Source: Ruminococcus sp.
Lineage (GTDB): Bacteria; Bacillota; Clostridia; Oscillospirales; Acutalibacteraceae
DNA: 64,000 nucleotides
Assembly: GCA_045654185.1 (NCBI GenBank)
Contig: JAZOMY010000022.1
Coordinates: forward strand, 4,891-68,890
Reading direction: 5' to 3'
This document shows positions 46,223 to 58,188 of this stretch, one piece after another (the stretch's first letter is position 1; every line of letters begins with the position of its first letter). A program made the translations under genes and the position numbers. Under the pieces are notes generated by a model that saw only the letters and a list, made by a program, of their open reading frames with translations, was not told where the DNA came from and made no database searches.

Positions 46223-48124
46223 TCAGAAGAAGTTTTCGATTAACCCTGCCACTTTTTTCTGTATCAGAGTCGCATCCACTACATTCACTCCGCCCTTTGC
46301 ATTTACATCCGCACGGGCAAGTGCATCACTTTCAAGGGTGATAATTCCTGCGGCGTGCTTCTGCACCAGGGTTGCATCCACTACGGTTATTTTGCCGTCG
46401 CCGTTTACGTCACCCATAAGTCCGTCGCCCTTCACTCTGTATCTGTATGTTACGGTGGCGTAATCCTTCTCTGTGGCAGCGGTCCAACCGCTGGAAGTTG
46501 TATAGTTATGGTAGATTACAAGGGTCTTGTCCTGATACTGGGAGTTTTTGTACCAATAACAGGTGCGGTTGCCGTGAGAACCATAGGCTCCGTCACAGGA
46601 AACACCCGAGCTGCAATATGCATCACTGCCGTCGGACCATTTCAGATGATAATATCTGTATCTTGCATCATCGTAATCTGTGTTTGAACTGTATTCGTAG
46701 ACGTTGCCTGCGGGAATCCAGTCATAGTGGGGATATGCACTGTTAGAGGTGAAATTGGCGCTATTTCCGTTACCGCCTCCGCAGTAATGATAATAGTGAT
46801 AGCTGAGGAGTTCTCTTTCTGCTGAAGTGGGAAGTTCTATTGAAGACCAATAGGGCTCACCCTTATTCTCGTACACCTGTTTTGTTTTGTCGCCCTTGAT
46901 AAAGCCATTACCGGGAGCGGTGGCTGAAAATTCCTCGTAGGTGTAGTTATACTGGATTTCATAGTTGCCACCCGAGGGGAGCTTGTCGGAATAAATCCAG
47001 CCGTTGGAGTCGGTTGTTTCCGACACGGCAAATTGCAGTTTATCGGAAGCAACTCCTGTTCCGTTTGCAGGATAAGCCGTTACCACTGCGGTATAATTAC
47101 CCGCAGAAAGCACCAGCGAAAGGCTCTTTTTGTTTCCGCTCAGCTCTGTGGTTTTCTCAAAAGTTCCGTCACTTTTCTTTATCTCCACCACAAATTTATC
47201 TGTTTTACTGTCACCCGTCCAGTTGATGGTTGTGGTATTGGCAGAGTCACCCTTCCTGACACTCAACACAGGCTTTTCCACAGGGGGAGATACTGTGAAA
47301 GTCTTCTCCGCAGTGAGGCTGCCTTCGCCTGCCTGTGAGCCGATGGGAGTAGCGGAGACCCTTACCAGATACTGTCCGCTCTCTGTGGGGGTAAAATTGT
47401 AGCTTGTGCCCCCATTTATTCTCTGGCTGACCAGCTCTTTGCCTGCGGGCGAGGCGATATATATCCAGTAGTGAGATAGAACGGAATTTGCAGAGGAGGC
47501 TTTCCACGAAATGTTTACTGTCTCCGAAATGGTGTAGCTCTCTTTATTCAGAGTTATATCGGGAGTTGTCAGAGGTTCGTTGCCCTGAGTAACGCCCAGA
47601 TAAACGTATCCGAGGAAGTTTCCGCGCATACTGTCGTAAGCCTCTACCTCTGCCACCGTCTTGGTGGTAATGGAGCAATAGCTGTTGTAGGGGTATTTTC
47701 TGGCACCGCCCTCGCTGAGGGTTACGATGTTTCCGTCTACACGCTCAACAACTGCAATGTGATTATCATAACAGGCAAAAGCTTTTGCCCTTATCTGTGA
47801 ACCTCTTTGCAGACCGTAAGTTGCATACTGATTATTCCACCAGCTCCAGCCGCTCCAGATGGTGCCGCTGTAACCTGTGAGCTCCGCGTATCTTGCACAA
47901 GCAAACCATGAGCATCCCTGATTTCCGTATGCATACTGTCCCCAGTTGGGAATAGCCGCGAACTTGGTATAAGGATAAGCCATAATATCAATATAGATAC
48001 CGCTTGTTCCGTTTCCGTAAATAGCACCGTTTGGACTTTCGGCACCCACTGTGCCGCAGGTGAAGAAGACAGCACCTGTCAGCATAATCAGAGTCATTAT
48101 AATGGCGGTAAATCTCTTTGTCAT
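46223..48124 (-). CDS. Secreted CHAP-like domain + Ig/FN3-like domains + C-terminal dockerin protein
   Basis: Signal peptide; GNQGCSWF...HIAVVE (Cys/His); duplicated dockerin loops GDVNGDGKITVVDATLVQK and ADVNAKGGVNVVDATLIQK. Start at ATG 48124. Confidence 0.8.
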   Translation of the reverse strand: MTKRFTAIIMTLIMLTGAVFFTCGTVGAESPNGAIYGNGTSGIYIDIMAYPYTKFAAIPNWGQYAYGNQGCSWFACARYAELTGYSGTIWSGWSWWNNQYATYGLQRGSQIRAKAFACYDNHIAVVERVDGNIVTLSEGGARKYPYNSYCSITTKTVAEVEAYDSMRGNFLGYVYLGVTQGNEPLTTPDITLNKESYTISETVNISWKASSANSVLSHYWIYIASPAGKELVSQRINGGTSYNFTPTESGQYLVRVSATPIGSQAGEGSLTAEKTFTVSPPVEKPVLSVRKGDSANTTTINWTGDSKTDKFVVEIKKSDGTFEKTTELSGNKKSLSLVLSAGNYTAVVTAYPANGTGVASDKLQFAVSETTDSNGWIYSDKLPSGGNYEIQYNYTYEEFSATAPGNGFIKGDKTKQVYENKGEPYWSSIELPTSAERELLSYHYYHYCGGGNGNSANFTSNSAYPHYDWIPAGNVYEYSSNTDYDDARYRYYHLKWSDGSDAYCSSGVSCDGAYGSHGNRTCYWYKNSQYQDKTLVIYHNYTTSSGWTAATEKDYATVTYRYRVKGDGLMGDVNGDGKITVVDATLVQKHAAGIITLESDALARADVNAKGGVNVVDATLIQKKVAGLIENFF

Positions 48125-48157
48125 AAAAAGGACCTCCATAAAAAATTTTACAATATA

Positions 48158-48236
48158 ATTATAAAATCCACAGCCGGATAAATCAATATCCCAATGGATA
48201 TTTATTAAAAAATGCCCGAGGGTAAATCGGGCATTT
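48158..48236 (-). repeat. Terminator+promoter module, copy 2 (36-bp exact repeat at 48201-48236; TTGATT-17-TATAAT at 48186-48158)
   Basis: TTTATTAAAAAATGCCCGAGGGTAAATCGGGCATTT is identical to 49712-49747. Confidence 0.9.
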
Positions 48237-48243
48237 CTAAGGG

Positions 48244-49230
48244 TCAATTAATTCTTACATAACCCGTTTTTTCAATTAGCTCCTGACCTTCATCGGACAA
48301 AAGCCAATCCACTAAAACGGGGATGTTCTCGTTATCGTTATCCGCTCGATAGATAGCATAAAACTGTGCAACAATAGGATAACTGCGGTTTTGAATGTTT
48401 TCTGCGCTTGGATAAACACCATTTAAAGAAAGCATTTTAACGGACTCGTTTTCTACGATACCGTCCATATAGTAGCGAAAAGAAAATCCGATAGATGCAC
48501 CCGTAATTGCAAAGGGAGATTTTCGTCCGATTTCATAATCACCCATAAAGGCTTCGAAGGTTGTTTGGCTTCCACTGCCTTCAAGTCTGGTTACAGGATT
48601 AATAATCCGATTTACACCGCCAACCTCTGACCAATTTTTATACTCACAGGCATATATCTTTCGGATTTCCTCAACTGTGAGGTTGTCAACGGGATTATTC
48701 TCATTTACAAAAAACACAAAGCCCTCTAATCCAATAGGGACATAAACCAGTTCTACACCTTTTTCTTCAGCATACTGTTTCTGTTCCTCAGAGGGACCTG
48801 CACAAAACAAAATATCGGTTGTTCCGTCCACAATAGCCTGATATCCCCGAACTGTGTTTTTGTACTGCATAGCACTGTCTTCGGCAAAATTTTCTCCGTA
48901 AAAATTATCATCGGAGAACTTTCCGCCTTCATAGGTTACACAGCCTTCTGGATAAACGTTATCAATAACAGCGGCATAAACAGGAACTAATGCCGCCGCA
49001 CCGTCAAGCACAGGAAGGTTATCATGCAGTTTAAGTGTTGACTCTATCTTCGGAAGGTCGGAATCCTCTTCAAAGGGCAGATAACTTACCACATCTATCA
49101 TCTGTGCTTGTGTCGCATCGCTGAAATTATTGGAAAGTCTCTTTGTAAGCAGTTGATACATACTCAGATTAAATGATGCGAAAATTACCACAACCAATGT
49201 AATCGTGATAATTTGTTTTCCGAGTTTCAT
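48244..49230 (-). CDS. PstS-like (PBP2) substrate-binding protein
   Basis: LDGAAALVPVY, IGLEGFVFFVN, RLEGSGSQT, IGFSFRYY and LSDEGQELIEKTGY motifs; N-terminal anchor; AT-rich. Confidence 0.8.
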   Translation of the reverse strand: MKLGKQIITITLVVVIFASFNLSMYQLLTKRLSNNFSDATQAQMIDVVSYLPFEEDSDLPKIESTLKLHDNLPVLDGAAALVPVYAAVIDNVYPEGCVTYEGGKFSDDNFYGENFAEDSAMQYKNTVRGYQAIVDGTTDILFCAGPSEEQKQYAEEKGVELVYVPIGLEGFVFFVNENNPVDNLTVEEIRKIYACEYKNWSEVGGVNRIINPVTRLEGSGSQTTFEAFMGDYEIGRKSPFAITGASIGFSFRYYMDGIVENESVKMLSLNGVYPSAENIQNRSYPIVAQFYAIYRADNDNENIPVLVDWLLSDEGQELIEKTGYVRIN

Positions 49231-49374
49231 TTACCACCACAGCTCCTTTCCTATGAAATAGATTATGGAGCTGTGTTCATAAGCGTAAATTGCGTAAGCA
49301 AAGTGGGCTACAGTCAAAGCAAGGCACACTCCTATAACCGCAATAAGGATAATATAAAATGTGCGACTTTTCAT
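49231..49374 (-). CDS. 47-aa membrane protein (not in the ORF track)
   Basis: GAGGTG RBS; MKSRTFYIILIAVIGVCLALTVAHFAYAIYAYEHSSIIYFIGKELWW*; stop codon directly abuts the next ATG. Confidence 0.7.
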   Translation of the reverse strand: MKSRTFYIILIAVIGVCLALTVAHFAYAIYAYEHSSIIYFIGKELWW

Positions 49375-49382
49375 ATTTCACC

Positions 49383-49634
49383 TCACATATAGGCAACTGC
49401 CATATACATAAGACCTATGAATCCCAGCACTACTGCCACAAATATTCCTAATATAACAGACAAAACAATTAAAACAATACCTCTCGTCTTAATCTCTTTA
49501 TCGGAAAATTTACCGGGAGTAACTTTATTCTGTCTTTTTGCTGATAAATAACGAAACAGACTGATACCAAACAGAACAATAAATAATAAAGGTATTGCAA
49601 AAAATAAAACATTATATAAAATTATCCCAACCAT
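49383..49634 (-). CDS. Small two-TM membrane protein
   Basis: GGAGG RBS and two hydrophobic segments. Confidence 0.75.
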   Translation of the reverse strand: MVGIILYNVLFFAIPLLFIVLFGISLFRYLSAKRQNKVTPGKFSDKEIKTRGIVLIVLSVILGIFVAVVLGFIGLMYMAVAYM

Positions 49635-49665
49635 TGTGAACCTCCTGTATATTTACTATATTTTA

Positions 49666-49747
49666 ATTATAAAATCTCACTGTCCACAAATCAATAGAAA
49701 GAATATTAAGTTTTATTAAAAAATGCCCGAGGGTAAATCGGGCATTT
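49666..49747 (-). repeat. Terminator+promoter module, copy 1 (gyrA terminator at 49712-49747; TTGATT-17-TATAAT at 49694-49666)
   Basis: 36-bp exact identity with 48201-48236 and homologous promoter geometry. Confidence 0.9.
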
Positions 49748-49773
49748 TCTGTATTATTCGGTTATTGTATTAA

Positions 49774-52356
49774 TTATTCCTCTGCGTCGTCTGCGGGGAT
49801 TTCCTCGTCCTCTTCGATGATATCACCTGCAAGGTCTGCGGCTTCTTCCTCGGGGTTTATTGCTTCTGCCTCAAGTTTTTCTGCTTCTTCACTTTCATCG
49901 TGAGGAACACAGGCGGCGGCAACCAGCTTGTTGCCTTCCTTGATGCGCATTACTGTAACACCCTTTGAGGGACGTGCACAGACGCGGATGGTGCTTGCCA
50001 GAATACGGATGATAATTCCGTCGGCAGATACCAGAATAACATCGTCTGTCTCGGGACTTACAACCTTGATGGCGGCTACATCGCCGTACTTCTCGGTGTG
50101 GTAATTGATGATACCCTTACCGCCTCTGGACTGGAGACGATAGTTATCAGCAAGAGAGAGTCTGCCGAAGCCCTTTTCGGAGACAGTGAGAACGTGGCTG
50201 TTATCATCAACAATACACATACCCACAACCTCGTCGCCTTCGCGGAGTCTCAGCGCTCTGACGCCTCTTGCCTGTCTGCCCATACATCTGACGTCACGCT
50301 CGTCAAAGCGGATTGCAAAGCCCTTCTTGGTGGCGATAATAACCTTATCTTCACCCGAGGTCATATGTACCCATGCAAGGCTGTCGCCCTCATTCAGTTC
50401 AAGTGCAATAAGGCCGCCCTTGCGGTTTGTATTGTAAGCAGAAAGCTCAATTCTCTTGATGATACCCTGACGGGTTACCATAATGAGGTACTTGTCATCC
50501 TCCATGGAGGGTACGCGGATCATAGAGGTAATCTTCTCGTCCCCATTTACAGGCAGGAGGTTTGCAATATTGATACCCTTTGACTGACGGCTTCCCTCGG
50601 GAATCTCGTAGCACTTCATACGGTATACTCTGCCCTTGTCGGAGAAGAAGAGAATATGGTCGTGGCTGCCTGACATAAAGAGCTCTGTTGCCACGTCTTC
50701 CTCACGTCTTGACATACCGCTGACACCTCTGCCGCCACGGTTCTGAAGCTTGTAGGTATCGGTGGTCTGGCGCTTGATATATCCGAAGCGTGTGAAGGTT
50801 ACCACACACTCCTCCTCGGGAATAAGGTCCTCAATATCCACCTCGCCGCTGACAGAGCAGATTTCTGTTCTTCTCTCGTCGGCGTACTTGTTGCGGATTT
50901 CGATAGCCTCATCCTTGATAATCTGCATTCTTCTCTCTTTACTTGCAAGGATAGCCTTGAAGTCTTCGATTTTGATTGCAAGTTCCTTGATTTCGTCTTC
51001 GATTTTTTCTCTCTCAAGGCCTGTGAGCTGACGGAGTCTCATCTGGACAATGGCCTGTGCCTGAATATCGGTGAGGGCGAACTTCTCCATCAGTTTTGAA
51101 ACCGCCTCGGCGGTGTCCTTACTTGCACGGATAGTGGCAATAACCTCGTCGATATTGTCAAGAGCTATCTTGAGACCTTCCAGAATATGCATTCTCTCCT
51201 GTGCTTTGCCCAGGTCAAAAGAGGTACGTCTGGTGATGACTTCCTCCTGGAAGTCGATATAGTGAGTGAGCATCTCCTTAAGGTTGAGAATCTTGGGCTC
51301 ACCACCCACAATAGCCAGCATAATTACGCCGAAAGTGGACTGGAGCTGGGTGTAGGTAAAGAGCTGATTCAGCACAACCTGAGGGGAAGCATCGCGTTTA
51401 ACGTCGATTTCGATATGCATACCGTTTCTGTCGGAGTGGTCCTCGATATTGGAGATACCCTCCAGTTTCTTGTCATTGACAAGGTCTGCGATATGCTCGA
51501 TAAGTCTGGCTTTGTTTACCTGATAGGGAAGCTCGGAAACGATAATCTTGAATCTTCCGTTATTCTCCTCCACAATTTCAGTCTTTGCACGGACTGTAAT
51601 TTTGCCTCTGCCTGTCATATAGGCGGCGCGGATACCGCTTCTGCCCATAATGGTAGCACCTGTGGGGAAGTCGGGACCGGGGAGACACTCCATAAGTTCG
51701 GGAATCTCCACATCGGGATTATCGATTACAAGGCACATTGCATCAATAACCTCACCTAAATTATGGGGAGGAATATTTGTTGCCATACCAACTGCGATAC
51801 CGCCTGAGCCGTTTACCAGAAGGTTGGGGAAACGTGAGGGAAGAACTGTGGGCTCCTCCAGACGGTCGTCAAAGTTGGGCATAAAGTCAACTGTATCTTT
51901 CTCGATATCAGCCAGCATTTCCGTGGAAATCTTGCTCATTTTTGACTCTGTGTATCGGTATGCAGCAGGGGGGTCGCCGTCAACGGAACCGAAGTTACCG
52001 TGACCGTCAACCAGCATATATCTCATTGAGAAATCCTGTGCAAGTCGTACCATTGCATCGTAAACGGAAGCATCGCCGTGGGGATGGTATGAACCCAGAA
52101 CGGCACCGACGGTGTCGGCGCACTTTCTGTATGCTTTCTCGGGGGTGAGACCCTTTTCGTGCATTGTATAGAGAATTCTGCGGTGAACAGGCTTCAGACC
52201 GTCGCGTACATCAGGTAGTGCTCGGGATACGATAACGGACATTGAATAGTCGAGGAAGGACTGACGCATTTCGCGGTTTACGTCAACATCAATGATTTTT
52301 GTATTCTGAAATGCGCTTTCATCAACCATATAGGACTGGTCTTTCTTGATTGCCAT
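49774..52356 (-). CDS. gyrA: DNA gyrase subunit A
   Basis: [26 protein letters not shown], GyrA box QNRGGRG and an acidic tail. Confidence 0.97.
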   Translation of the reverse strand: MAIKKDQSYMVDESAFQNTKIIDVDVNREMRQSFLDYSMSVIVSRALPDVRDGLKPVHRRILYTMHEKGLTPEKAYRKCADTVGAVLGSYHPHGDASVYDAMVRLAQDFSMRYMLVDGHGNFGSVDGDPPAAYRYTESKMSKISTEMLADIEKDTVDFMPNFDDRLEEPTVLPSRFPNLLVNGSGGIAVGMATNIPPHNLGEVIDAMCLVIDNPDVEIPELMECLPGPDFPTGATIMGRSGIRAAYMTGRGKITVRAKTEIVEENNGRFKIIVSELPYQVNKARLIEHIADLVNDKKLEGISNIEDHSDRNGMHIEIDVKRDASPQVVLNQLFTYTQLQSTFGVIMLAIVGGEPKILNLKEMLTHYIDFQEEVITRRTSFDLGKAQERMHILEGLKIALDNIDEVIATIRASKDTAEAVSKLMEKFALTDIQAQAIVQMRLRQLTGLEREKIEDEIKELAIKIEDFKAILASKERRMQIIKDEAIEIRNKYADERRTEICSVSGEVDIEDLIPEEECVVTFTRFGYIKRQTTDTYKLQNRGGRGVSGMSRREEDVATELFMSGSHDHILFFSDKGRVYRMKCYEIPEGSRQSKGINIANLLPVNGDEKITSMIRVPSMEDDKYLIMVTRQGIIKRIELSAYNTNRKGGLIALELNEGDSLAWVHMTSGEDKVIIATKKGFAIRFDERDVRCMGRQARGVRALRLREGDEVVGMCIVDDNSHVLTVSEKGFGRLSLADNYRLQSRGGKGIINYHTEKYGDVAAIKVVSPETDDVILVSADGIIIRILASTIRVCARPSKGVTVMRIKEGNKLVAAACVPHDESEEAEKLEAEAINPEEEAADLAGDIIEEDEEIPADDAEE

Positions 52357-52379
52357 AATAATATCTCCTTTCCCCGAAA

Positions 52380-54365
<1,986 letters not shown>

Positions 54366-54416
54366 TTACTATTCATTTAATTACAGTTTTGATTTTTTAA
54401 GTTATAAGAATTTATA

Positions 54417-55202
54417 TCAGAATTTTCTGTTTGCAGAGAAGTTTCCGCCTGTTCTGGCAGGTGCTTTTTTCTCTTCTTTTTCTTCTCTTACATAAACCTT
54501 TGCATCCTCTTCTTCTATCACTGTTCGTTGAGGCTCGTGATATATTCTCTTGAGAGGAGCATCACTTTTGTATGAATTTGAAACCGATGCAGGCTGTGAA
54601 TTTATATTAATCTTTTCGCTGACTGCCGACTGGTTAATGTCGCTGACGCTGAAGGCTCTTGTCTTATCCATTCCCGATGAAGAGGAAATATCCTCATATT
54701 CACCGCTGAAAACCCCTTCGTCGGCTTTCGGAATAACCCTTGTATTGGTCTCCGGTTTCGGATTACCAAGACTGGCAGTATTGTGAAGCTCGGTGGGAAT
54801 TCCAAGGTCGATGCTTGTGGTAGTCTCCACCATATATCTCTGCTGGGGAGTAAATGTCATAAACAAGGGAGAAAGAAAATAGAAAGCAACAAAGGGTAAA
54901 AGTTCCCACAAAAGCCACTTTATTTCCTTTGTTCCTCCAAAAAACAGGAACATCAAAATTTTAAATTTACCTTCTGCCTCATTTGCGGCTATAACACTCT
55001 CGCTGCAAGTAAAATACATCAGCATAATTGTAATAGCAAAAATTGCAGCAATTATGAGAATTCCCCATATTGAACCTTCCTGCCTGATGTTTGATTTTTT
55101 CTTGCAATGAGTGCATTCATGTTCACCCATATTGTGCTCGGTAAGTCTTGTGAAATATTTGATTTTTCTACCGCAATAGGGACACTGGAATTTTTCGTTC
55201 AT
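54417..55202 (-). CDS. Hypothetical membrane protein with an N-terminal CxxC-19-CxxC zinc ribbon
   Basis: CPYC...CTHC, two TM segments, low-complexity C-terminus. Confidence 0.7.
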   Translation of the reverse strand: MNEKFQCPYCGRKIKYFTRLTEHNMGEHECTHCKKKSNIRQEGSIWGILIIAAIFAITIMLMYFTCSESVIAANEAEGKFKILMFLFFGGTKEIKWLLWELLPFVAFYFLSPLFMTFTPQQRYMVETTTSIDLGIPTELHNTASLGNPKPETNTRVIPKADEGVFSGEYEDISSSSGMDKTRAFSVSDINQSAVSEKININSQPASVSNSYKSDAPLKRIYHEPQRTVIEEEDAKVYVREEKEEKKAPARTGGNFSANRKF

Positions 55203-55223
55203 ATTATCCTCCTTACATAAATT

Positions 55224-55493
55224 TTAAGTGATAATATTTTTCTGATTAAGTCTTCTTAAAAGAGTCTGACTGGAAAGAGGAGAAATAAATACTGTCTCTT
55301 TCTCATCATTTTTTTCTTTATATATAACAAAGGATTTCGGCAATTCGTATGATACCGTCACAACCCTGCCTTCTTTTTCTGCAAGGTTTAAATATTCCCT
55401 TGTCCATTTTGACACTGTGGAGGTATCAAGGTCGTATATTCCAACAATATTTTCGGTTTTAACCGTTGTCTCCTGTCCGAGATGCAGAAACAT
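55224..55493 (-). CDS. DUF370/RemB(YaaB)-like protein
   Basis: MFLHLG..IVGIYDLD...PKSFV..ISPLSSQTL pattern and position after recF. Confidence 0.8.
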   Translation of the reverse strand: MFLHLGQETTVKTENIVGIYDLDTSTVSKWTREYLNLAEKEGRVVTVSYELPKSFVIYKEKNDEKETVFISPLSSQTLLRRLNQKNIIT

Positions 55494-56588
55494 TTACCTG
55501 ACCTCTCCGTTTTCTATTAAAAATATCTTGTTTTCGTCGTTTTTTACTACGGGAGCATCACAGCCTGTTATGAAGGTCTGCGAGTCCCTGGTATTTGAAA
55601 GCAGAAATTCCTGACGGTTTCTGTCAATTTCCGACAGTACATCATCAAGAAGCACCACAGGAGGCTCCCCGAAATATTCTCTGAGGAGTTCACTCTCTGC
55701 AAGCTTTAAGGAAAGCACCACGCTTCTCTGCTGTCCCTGAGAACCGTAGGTTCTGGCTTTCAGACCGTTTATATAGAATTCAATATCATCTCTGTGAGGA
55801 CCTGCGGATGTACATCCCGTATAGATATCCTCTCTGCGGTTTTTCTCAAATTCTCTGTAAAGTTTATCTGTGACAGCCTGAAGGTTATCATCAATATTAA
55901 TGCCACCGCTTCCCAGATATTCCATTGTAAGTTCTTCTTTTCCCGAGGATATACCCTGATGAAAAGAAAAAGCCGACTTCTGAAGTTTTCTGAGATAATT
56001 AATTCTCTTTTCTATGATTTTAGCACCTGCGGCAATTATGGCATCATCCCAGACACAGAGGGTCTCTTTAAGTTCGGGGTGACGGGAAATATCCTTGAGC
56101 AGAGTGTTTCTCTGAAAAACAGTTCTCTGATATTTCGAAAGAAGCACAGCATACTTTATATCCTGCTGGCATATAGCTCCGTCAATGAATTTTCTTCTGA
56201 GTGACGGTCCGCCTTTTACAAGGGAAAGATGCTCGGGAGAAAACACAACAGCAGAAAAACACTGCGAAAGATAAGCAGAAGACGGCTTTTTGACTCCGTT
56301 GAGTTCTACTTCCTTCTTACTTTTCAGAAAACGGATGGAAGCCTCCTGCTCTCTTTCCTGACTGAAAAAATTCATTCTGAGAGATGAATTGTTTTCGCCT
56401 ATCCTGATAAGTTCGTTTTCCTTTGAACCACGGAATGAATGTCCGCCCGAAAAAAGCCACACCGCTTCCAAGAGATTAGTCTTGCCCTGAGCATTATCTC
56501 CCAAAATAATGTTAACTCCCTCAGAGGGAAATATTTTGTTGTTGCAGAGATTCCGAAACTGAGAAAACTCCAGGGCTCTTACTATCAA
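55494..56588 (-). CDS. recF: DNA replication/repair protein RecF
   Basis: GDNAQGKTNLLE, GPHRDD, SQGQQR and LLDDVLSE motifs. Confidence 0.95.
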   Translation of the reverse strand: MIVRALEFSQFRNLCNNKIFPSEGVNIILGDNAQGKTNLLEAVWLFSGGHSFRGSKENELIRIGENNSSLRMNFFSQEREQEASIRFLKSKKEVELNGVKKPSSAYLSQCFSAVVFSPEHLSLVKGGPSLRRKFIDGAICQQDIKYAVLLSKYQRTVFQRNTLLKDISRHPELKETLCVWDDAIIAAGAKIIEKRINYLRKLQKSAFSFHQGISSGKEELTMEYLGSGGINIDDNLQAVTDKLYREFEKNRREDIYTGCTSAGPHRDDIEFYINGLKARTYGSQGQQRSVVLSLKLAESELLREYFGEPPVVLLDDVLSEIDRNRQEFLLSNTRDSQTFITGCDAPVVKNDENKIFLIENGEVR

Positions 56589-56803
56589 ACCTGAGACACC
56601 TCAACTGTAAAATCATTATATGTGGCAACGTCGCCGTGGCGCATTTTCTTACCTCTCATGGTGCAGACCTCGCCGTTGACAAGCACATCACCCTGCTGGA
56701 TAACAACTTTTGCCTCACCGCCGGTGGCTACCATTCCTGAAAATTTCATCAGACTGTCAAGTCTGATGAATTCATCTTTTATTTCAATTACTTCAGACTT
56801 CAT
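56585..56803 (-). CDS. yaaA: S4-domain RNA-binding protein YaaA
   Basis: FIRLDSLMKFSGMVATGGEAK..RGKK motif and synteny. Confidence 0.9.
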   Translation of the reverse strand: MKSEVIEIKDEFIRLDSLMKFSGMVATGGEAKVVIQQGDVLVNGEVCTMRGKKMRHGDVATYNDFTVEVSQV

Positions 56804-57899
56804 CGTTTAACCTCATAGGAACTACAAGGAAGATGAACTCGTCACCCTCCAGGGGTTTGATAATCATAGGAGCAAGACTGCCGTTGAGTATAACGGTAAT
56901 CTCATCGCACTCTGTATTCTTGAGAGCATCAAGAAGATATTTGTTATTAAATCCGATTTCAACCTCGTCACCGACTGTGGAAACAGGAATATAGTCGCTG
57001 GCTCTGCCCATTGCGGTTTTGCAGGAAAGCTTGATGCTTTCTTTTAAAACTTTTACTCTGACAGGGCTCTGTACTCTCTCGCTGGTAAGCAGAGACATTC
57101 TGTCAACTGCATTAATCATTTCTCTTGTATTGACTCTGAGCTTTGTTGTTTCGGTCTTGGGCACGGTTGTGCGGTAGTCAAGGAAACTGCCTTCGATAAG
57201 TCTTGAATTCACACAGTAATTATCAACCTTGAAAATAACGTGTCTCTGACCAACGGAGATAAGAACCTCCTGCTCCTCGTCGCCGATGAGTTTGAGAATT
57301 TCGCTCTGCATCTTGCCGGGAACAATAAACTTTGTGTTTGCTTCAGAATCTGTTTTCTCACTTCTTATTGCCATACGGTAACCGTCAACGGAAATAATCT
57401 TCATTTCTCCGTCGGCAATATCAAAGAGAGAACCTGTATAGACAGGCTTTGCAAGATTATCGGAAACAGCATATATTGTCTGTTTTATCATATTCTTGAG
57501 AGTGCCTGCCTGAATTCTTATTTCATCATTTGCTTCAAAGGTGGGAATATCGGGATATTCAGCAGATGAAATACCTACAATCTGGTAATCAACGTTACCG
57601 CTCTTGATATAGATAATCATTCTTTCGTCAGTCTCGAAAGAAACAATTTCCTCGGGAAGTTTTCTGACGATATCTGCAAAGAGTTTTGCTCCCACTACAA
57701 TTTCACCCTGAACTTCTACGGATGCTTCAACGGTGGTAGTGATACCAAGCTCCAGGTCATAGCCTGAGAGAGTGAGTGTATTGTCGTATGCTTTTATGAG
57801 AATACCTTCAAGAGCAGGAAGTGTTGCTTTTGAAGAAACAGCTCTTGAAACATTCTGAACAGCCTGAACAATATCAGACTTCATAACATTGAATTTCAT
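56793..57899 (-). CDS. dnaN: DNA polymerase III beta clamp
   Basis: SGYDLELG, VDGYRMA, SRLIEG, GFNNKYLLD and LVVPMR motifs. Confidence 0.96.
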   Translation of the reverse strand: MKFNVMKSDIVQAVQNVSRAVSSKATLPALEGILIKAYDNTLTLSGYDLELGITTTVEASVEVQGEIVVGAKLFADIVRKLPEEIVSFETDERMIIYIKSGNVDYQIVGISSAEYPDIPTFEANDEIRIQAGTLKNMIKQTIYAVSDNLAKPVYTGSLFDIADGEMKIISVDGYRMAIRSEKTDSEANTKFIVPGKMQSEILKLIGDEEQEVLISVGQRHVIFKVDNYCVNSRLIEGSFLDYRTTVPKTETTKLRVNTREMINAVDRMSLLTSERVQSPVRVKVLKESIKLSCKTAMGRASDYIPVSTVGDEVEIGFNNKYLLDALKNTECDEITVILNGSLAPMIIKPLEGDEFIFLVVPMRLNDEV

Positions 57900-57939
57900 T
57901 TTTATGTATCCTTTCTTGAAATGAGTAAAAATTATCAGA

Positions 57940-58150
57940 TGATAATCAAATATATTAATTATTATAGTAGTACATAGTAGGGGGTGATAAAATGTTGAAA
58001 AGACGAAAAACCACAGAAAACAAGCGGAATTTTTTTCCTTGTGTGCATGAGGAAAAAACAGAGGTTATCAACACAGCATATTTTCAGTATTTTAAGCAGT
58101 GAAAAATGTTGAAAAAATGTTTGTTAATGTTTATGGAAATGTTGAAAACT
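57940..58150. other. Replication origin oriC: DnaA boxes, GC-rich spacer, DnaA-trios and AT-rich unwinding region
   Basis: The minus strand reads box TTTTCAACA (58001-57993), CCCCC, CTACTATGTACTACTA (57980-57965), then an AT tract. Further boxes at 58065, 58107 and 58140. Confidence 0.85.
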
Positions 58151-58188
58151 TTTCCTTTTAAAAAACTTGTTTTCAAAGTACAACATTT

